Assembly (NCBI GenBank): GCA_050084515.1
Contig: CM114271.1
Span: 34,472,001-34,536,000, forward strand
Direction of reading: 5' to 3'
Length of the DNA: 64,000 bases
From: Blasia pusilla
Lineage: Eukaryota
Part shown: one piece after another, positions 60,771-64,000 of the stretch
Numbering within the stretch: the first letter of the stretch is position 1
How the letters are laid out: every line of letters starts with the position of its first letter
The notes under the pieces: generated by a model
What the model saw: the letters and a program-made list of their open reading frames with translations, nothing else
Database searches by the model: none
Told to the model about the DNA's origin: nothing
Position numbers and translations under genes: made by a program

Positions 60771-63700
60771 TGCCACGACTTTTAGGATAGATCGGCGAGA
60801 TCTAATAGAGCGCCTTCATAGATATTAGAGGACAGCCTCAAAAGGTCGAGGTTTGATCTGGTGAGGCCACGGGTAACCTGAGATAGAAGTTTTCCCCTTT
60901 TTTCCGCTTATTTGGAGCCATATAGAGAAACTTACTATTTCTAGTAAGATTCTATTTTAAGTTTAGCTGAATTCCCACTTTGGGAAGTGGCCCTTGACTC
61001 GCTACAGCAGGTCAAGAGCCAAGGAGATGACTTGTGAGCATAGGTTACCGAGGAGAGAGCTTGGGAGAGGGAAGGTGGTATACCTCCAAGAGAGAGCTTG
61101 AGAGTTCATTCTCTCTTTGTAGAACCTCTTGGCATGAGGCGGCGGAGCTATGGTCCCTTGCCTTGTGAGTGTAACCCAAGCCTCTTATTAGGAGAATGGG
61201 TTTGGTTTGATATTGAGAGAGAGTGCACACATTTCAGAGCTATGGTGTTGAGAGATATTGGATCTATTTGATTTACAAAGAAAGAATACGTGAGTGAGAG
61301 AGCTTCATGGGGGAGCTCGCTGGTTACTCGCTGGTTTTTCAGGTTGGGGATCGTATTCCCCCTTCAGCGGTTCATGGGAGTGCTCACCGGAACAAGAGCC
61401 GCTCACTTTTAATATTTTCTTTGCCGATTTTTTGTATGAAAGAATGACGCGCGGAAGCGCAGTCCTATAATAAAATCACCTAATATGTAAACTCCTCTCT
61501 CATTAAGTGCTAGAAAGAGATTTCTTAGTTTTAAATAAATTAACTTAGAAAAAATAAATTCTCATGTTTAAACCTCTTTATGGTGCCTCTTTTATGCGGG
61601 CCCAACTTTAAGAAAAGAGGTAATAAATAAAAGATGGGATTATAAAAGTAAAGTAGTGGGGTTGGTGCTTTAATGAATAAAAAACAAAAGTAGTCTTGGT
61701 TGGTGGTTAGGGTAGTTGGGATAGTTTGGAAGATATTAAGTGAGTAAATGAGGATATTTTGGAAGAGATAAGAGGTAATCTACTTGTGTCAAAATGTGAT
61801 TGGCTAAGCCTTGAGAGGAAGTCATATGGCACAAGATAAGATTAGCCATATTTCGTACTCTTGTGTATCCCTTGTGAATATATAAAGAGGAGGGACCTTC
61901 AAGGGTTCATCACCTTCTACTTCACATCTTGAGTGGATGGCTTTGGGATTGCTTGCTCTTCCAATGAGAGTGGATTACCCCTCTTGAGAGAATAACTTGA
62001 CATTGGTCTAGTCTTCGAAAGGATTCTAGTGTGTGGTATGTGTGGACATGAGAGACTTATCACCTTAGGGGAGTTTAATCATACTAGAAATAGTGGATGG
62101 TTTGGCTTGTTATTTTCCCAATGAGAGTGGATTATCCTTCTTGGAAGAGCATCTTCGCCAAACACCATTCTAGAGGACAGTAGAAGATGTTTGTCAAGTA
62201 TGGATAGGGATGGAGCACGAGTTGTGTCCGATCTTCCTTTCCTTAACCCATATCACGTCAAGATTCTCTTTGTAGTTAGGCACTAGTTCACTCGCTATCT
62301 AATTTATCACTTTGGGGAGGCGTTCATGAACCAAGTCATGCAATCTCCAACTACGTGATTCTTCCTATAGTCACATAAGGAAGAACATGGGATTGTACTT
62401 GGTACCCTTCATAGATCGTGTAACTTTCAAACCTACGACATTCAAATAATGGGCTTGACGAGTGACCAATTAGAGTGACGTCTAGAGGAGGTATTTTGAC
62501 GATTGCAGTTACATGGGCTGAAGCTGCATCCAAGCAAGTGCAAGTTCTTCTATAACCAGATTGAGTACTTGGATCATACGATATACCTAGGGGGCCTTGG
62601 TGTGCAACAGAAGAAGGTAGAGGCTATTTCATGCATTCCACGCCCTACACATGTGAGTCGAGTTTGTGCATTCATGGGATTGGCGAACTTCTATCAATGG
62701 TACGTCAAGGATTTCAGTTCAATTGCGAAGTCGCTAACCTTGCTCACCAAGGTGGATCAGGAGTGGCACTGTGGGGATAAGCACAACACAGCATTTCAAC
62801 ATCTCAAGGATACATTGACGTCTGCGCCTATATTGAGGAGACCAATCAAGGGGTGTCCTTTCCAGTTGCATACCGATTGGAGTATATTGGGGCTTGGAGC
62901 CGTGCTCACCCAGCATGACGATGATGGTAGAGAGTTCGTGATGGCTTACGCTAGTTGCTCAAACAACGCTGCAAAGGCAAAGTATAGCTTGTATGAGGGT
63001 GAGTGCTTGGCTGTAGTGTGGGTTGTCGTACATTTCAGATGTTATATATTCAGAAATCCCTTTACCATCATTAATGATCATCAACCACTTAAGAGGTTTA
63101 TGGAGTCGGACAAGCTCACATGGAAGCTTGCGAGGTGGGCTCTTTTGTTGCAGGAGTATGACTTCCAGGTGGTGCATAGACTTGGGATGTTCAACCAGGA
63201 TGCAGATGGTTTGAGCCATAATCCATGCCCGAGTTAGCAAGATTCGACTGGAGCTCGTTGGCATGGTGAGAGTGATGAGCAGTTGGTGCCAGGATGGCAC
63301 GCGTTAGCCTTTTTGGGATTGTTGGCTATGGAGAGCTAGATTGTTGAGACTTTGATGGCGAGGTCTGATGGAGAGTCCTTAGATCCAGAGGTCGGTGAGG
63401 AGACGATAGGTGGTCGAGAAATTCACGACGATGGAGTGGTCTTGGAGTACCTGCGTACAAGTAGCGTCGCAAGCACAGTGGGTGCTAGAGAGCAGGATCG
63501 GATCCTACGGCGAGCCAGACGGGTCCGGTGGGAGGGGACACATGTGTTGCAAGTTTAGGAGGATGATAGAGTGCGTGTTGTGCCTCATCCTTTGCAGAGA
63601 GCACATTTGATGGATCATGCCCACGAGGAGTTGGGTCATTTTGGAGTGAAGCGGACGTACAAATCGCTCCAGATACAATATTGGTGGCGAGGCATGCAGA

Positions 63701-64000
63701 TTGACGTTCATCAGTTTGTTGCAAGTTGCATGGTGTGTGATCAAGTTTGAGCATAGTTCAATGCTCCAACTCCACAATTGCATCCACTTTCGATCATAGA
63801 TTTAGGTTATAGATGGAGTTTGGATTTTGCAGGACCTTTGCCTTTGACAGAGCGCCATAGTCATTATGTGTTAGTAATAGTCGAGCACTTCTCAAAGTGG
63901 GTAGAGTTGGTTGCATTTCCTGATAAAGCGAGTGAGGGAGTAGCGTATCCCTTCCTAGATTGAGTGCTGAGTCATTACGGTGCATCAGTTGAAGTGTTGA
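60771..64000 (+). mobile_element. Gypsy family with DNMT/PHD, copy 3: LTR start, foreign chromovirus fragment, then RT end-RH-INT running off the window
   Basis: 60771 tgccacgacttttaggatagatcgg is the reverse complement of the copy 1/2 termini, and similarity continues to about 61460. Pol 62503-64000 (LQLHGLKLHPSKCKFFY overlapping copy 2 RT, LHTDWS, EGECLAVVW, DHQPL, HEELGHFG, WSLDFAGP). Confidence 0.88.
61486..62495 (+). mobile_element. 5' fragment (LTR, leader, extra ORF) of a diverged chromovirus related to the 21497-27538 element
   Basis: TATA-like tatataaagagg, the shared ccaa(t/c)gagagtggatt...ctcttg motif, and a translated match to 22010-22220. Boundaries approximate. Confidence 0.7.

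Overview
Repeat-rich nuclear DNA from a plant, probably a non-seed land plant (inferred from intron style and TE families). There is one clear intact host gene, a 13-exon AP-4 complex mu subunit (11488-16707, +). The rest is mostly nested, decayed transposons: a Ty1/Copia element whose 3' end lies in a 1.5-kb imperfect palindrome (probably a consensus artefact), a complete chromodomain Ty3/Gypsy element with LTRs and TSD, a spliced Helitron carrying a hAT-type MITE, and an 11.5-kb TIR/TSD-bounded Mutator-like element with a convergent cargo gene. Three partial copies of a second Gypsy family are also present. The main find is in that family: a DNMT3-like C5 cytosine methyltransferase domain (motifs IV, VI, VIII, IX, X) between protease and RT, plus a PHD finger after integrase. 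The reconstructed layout is LTR-gag-PR-DNMT-RT-RH-INT-PHD. Two diverged chromovirus copies also share an unannotated reading frame upstream of gag that is conserved at codon level. All calls come from manual reading and translation; no database searches were run.
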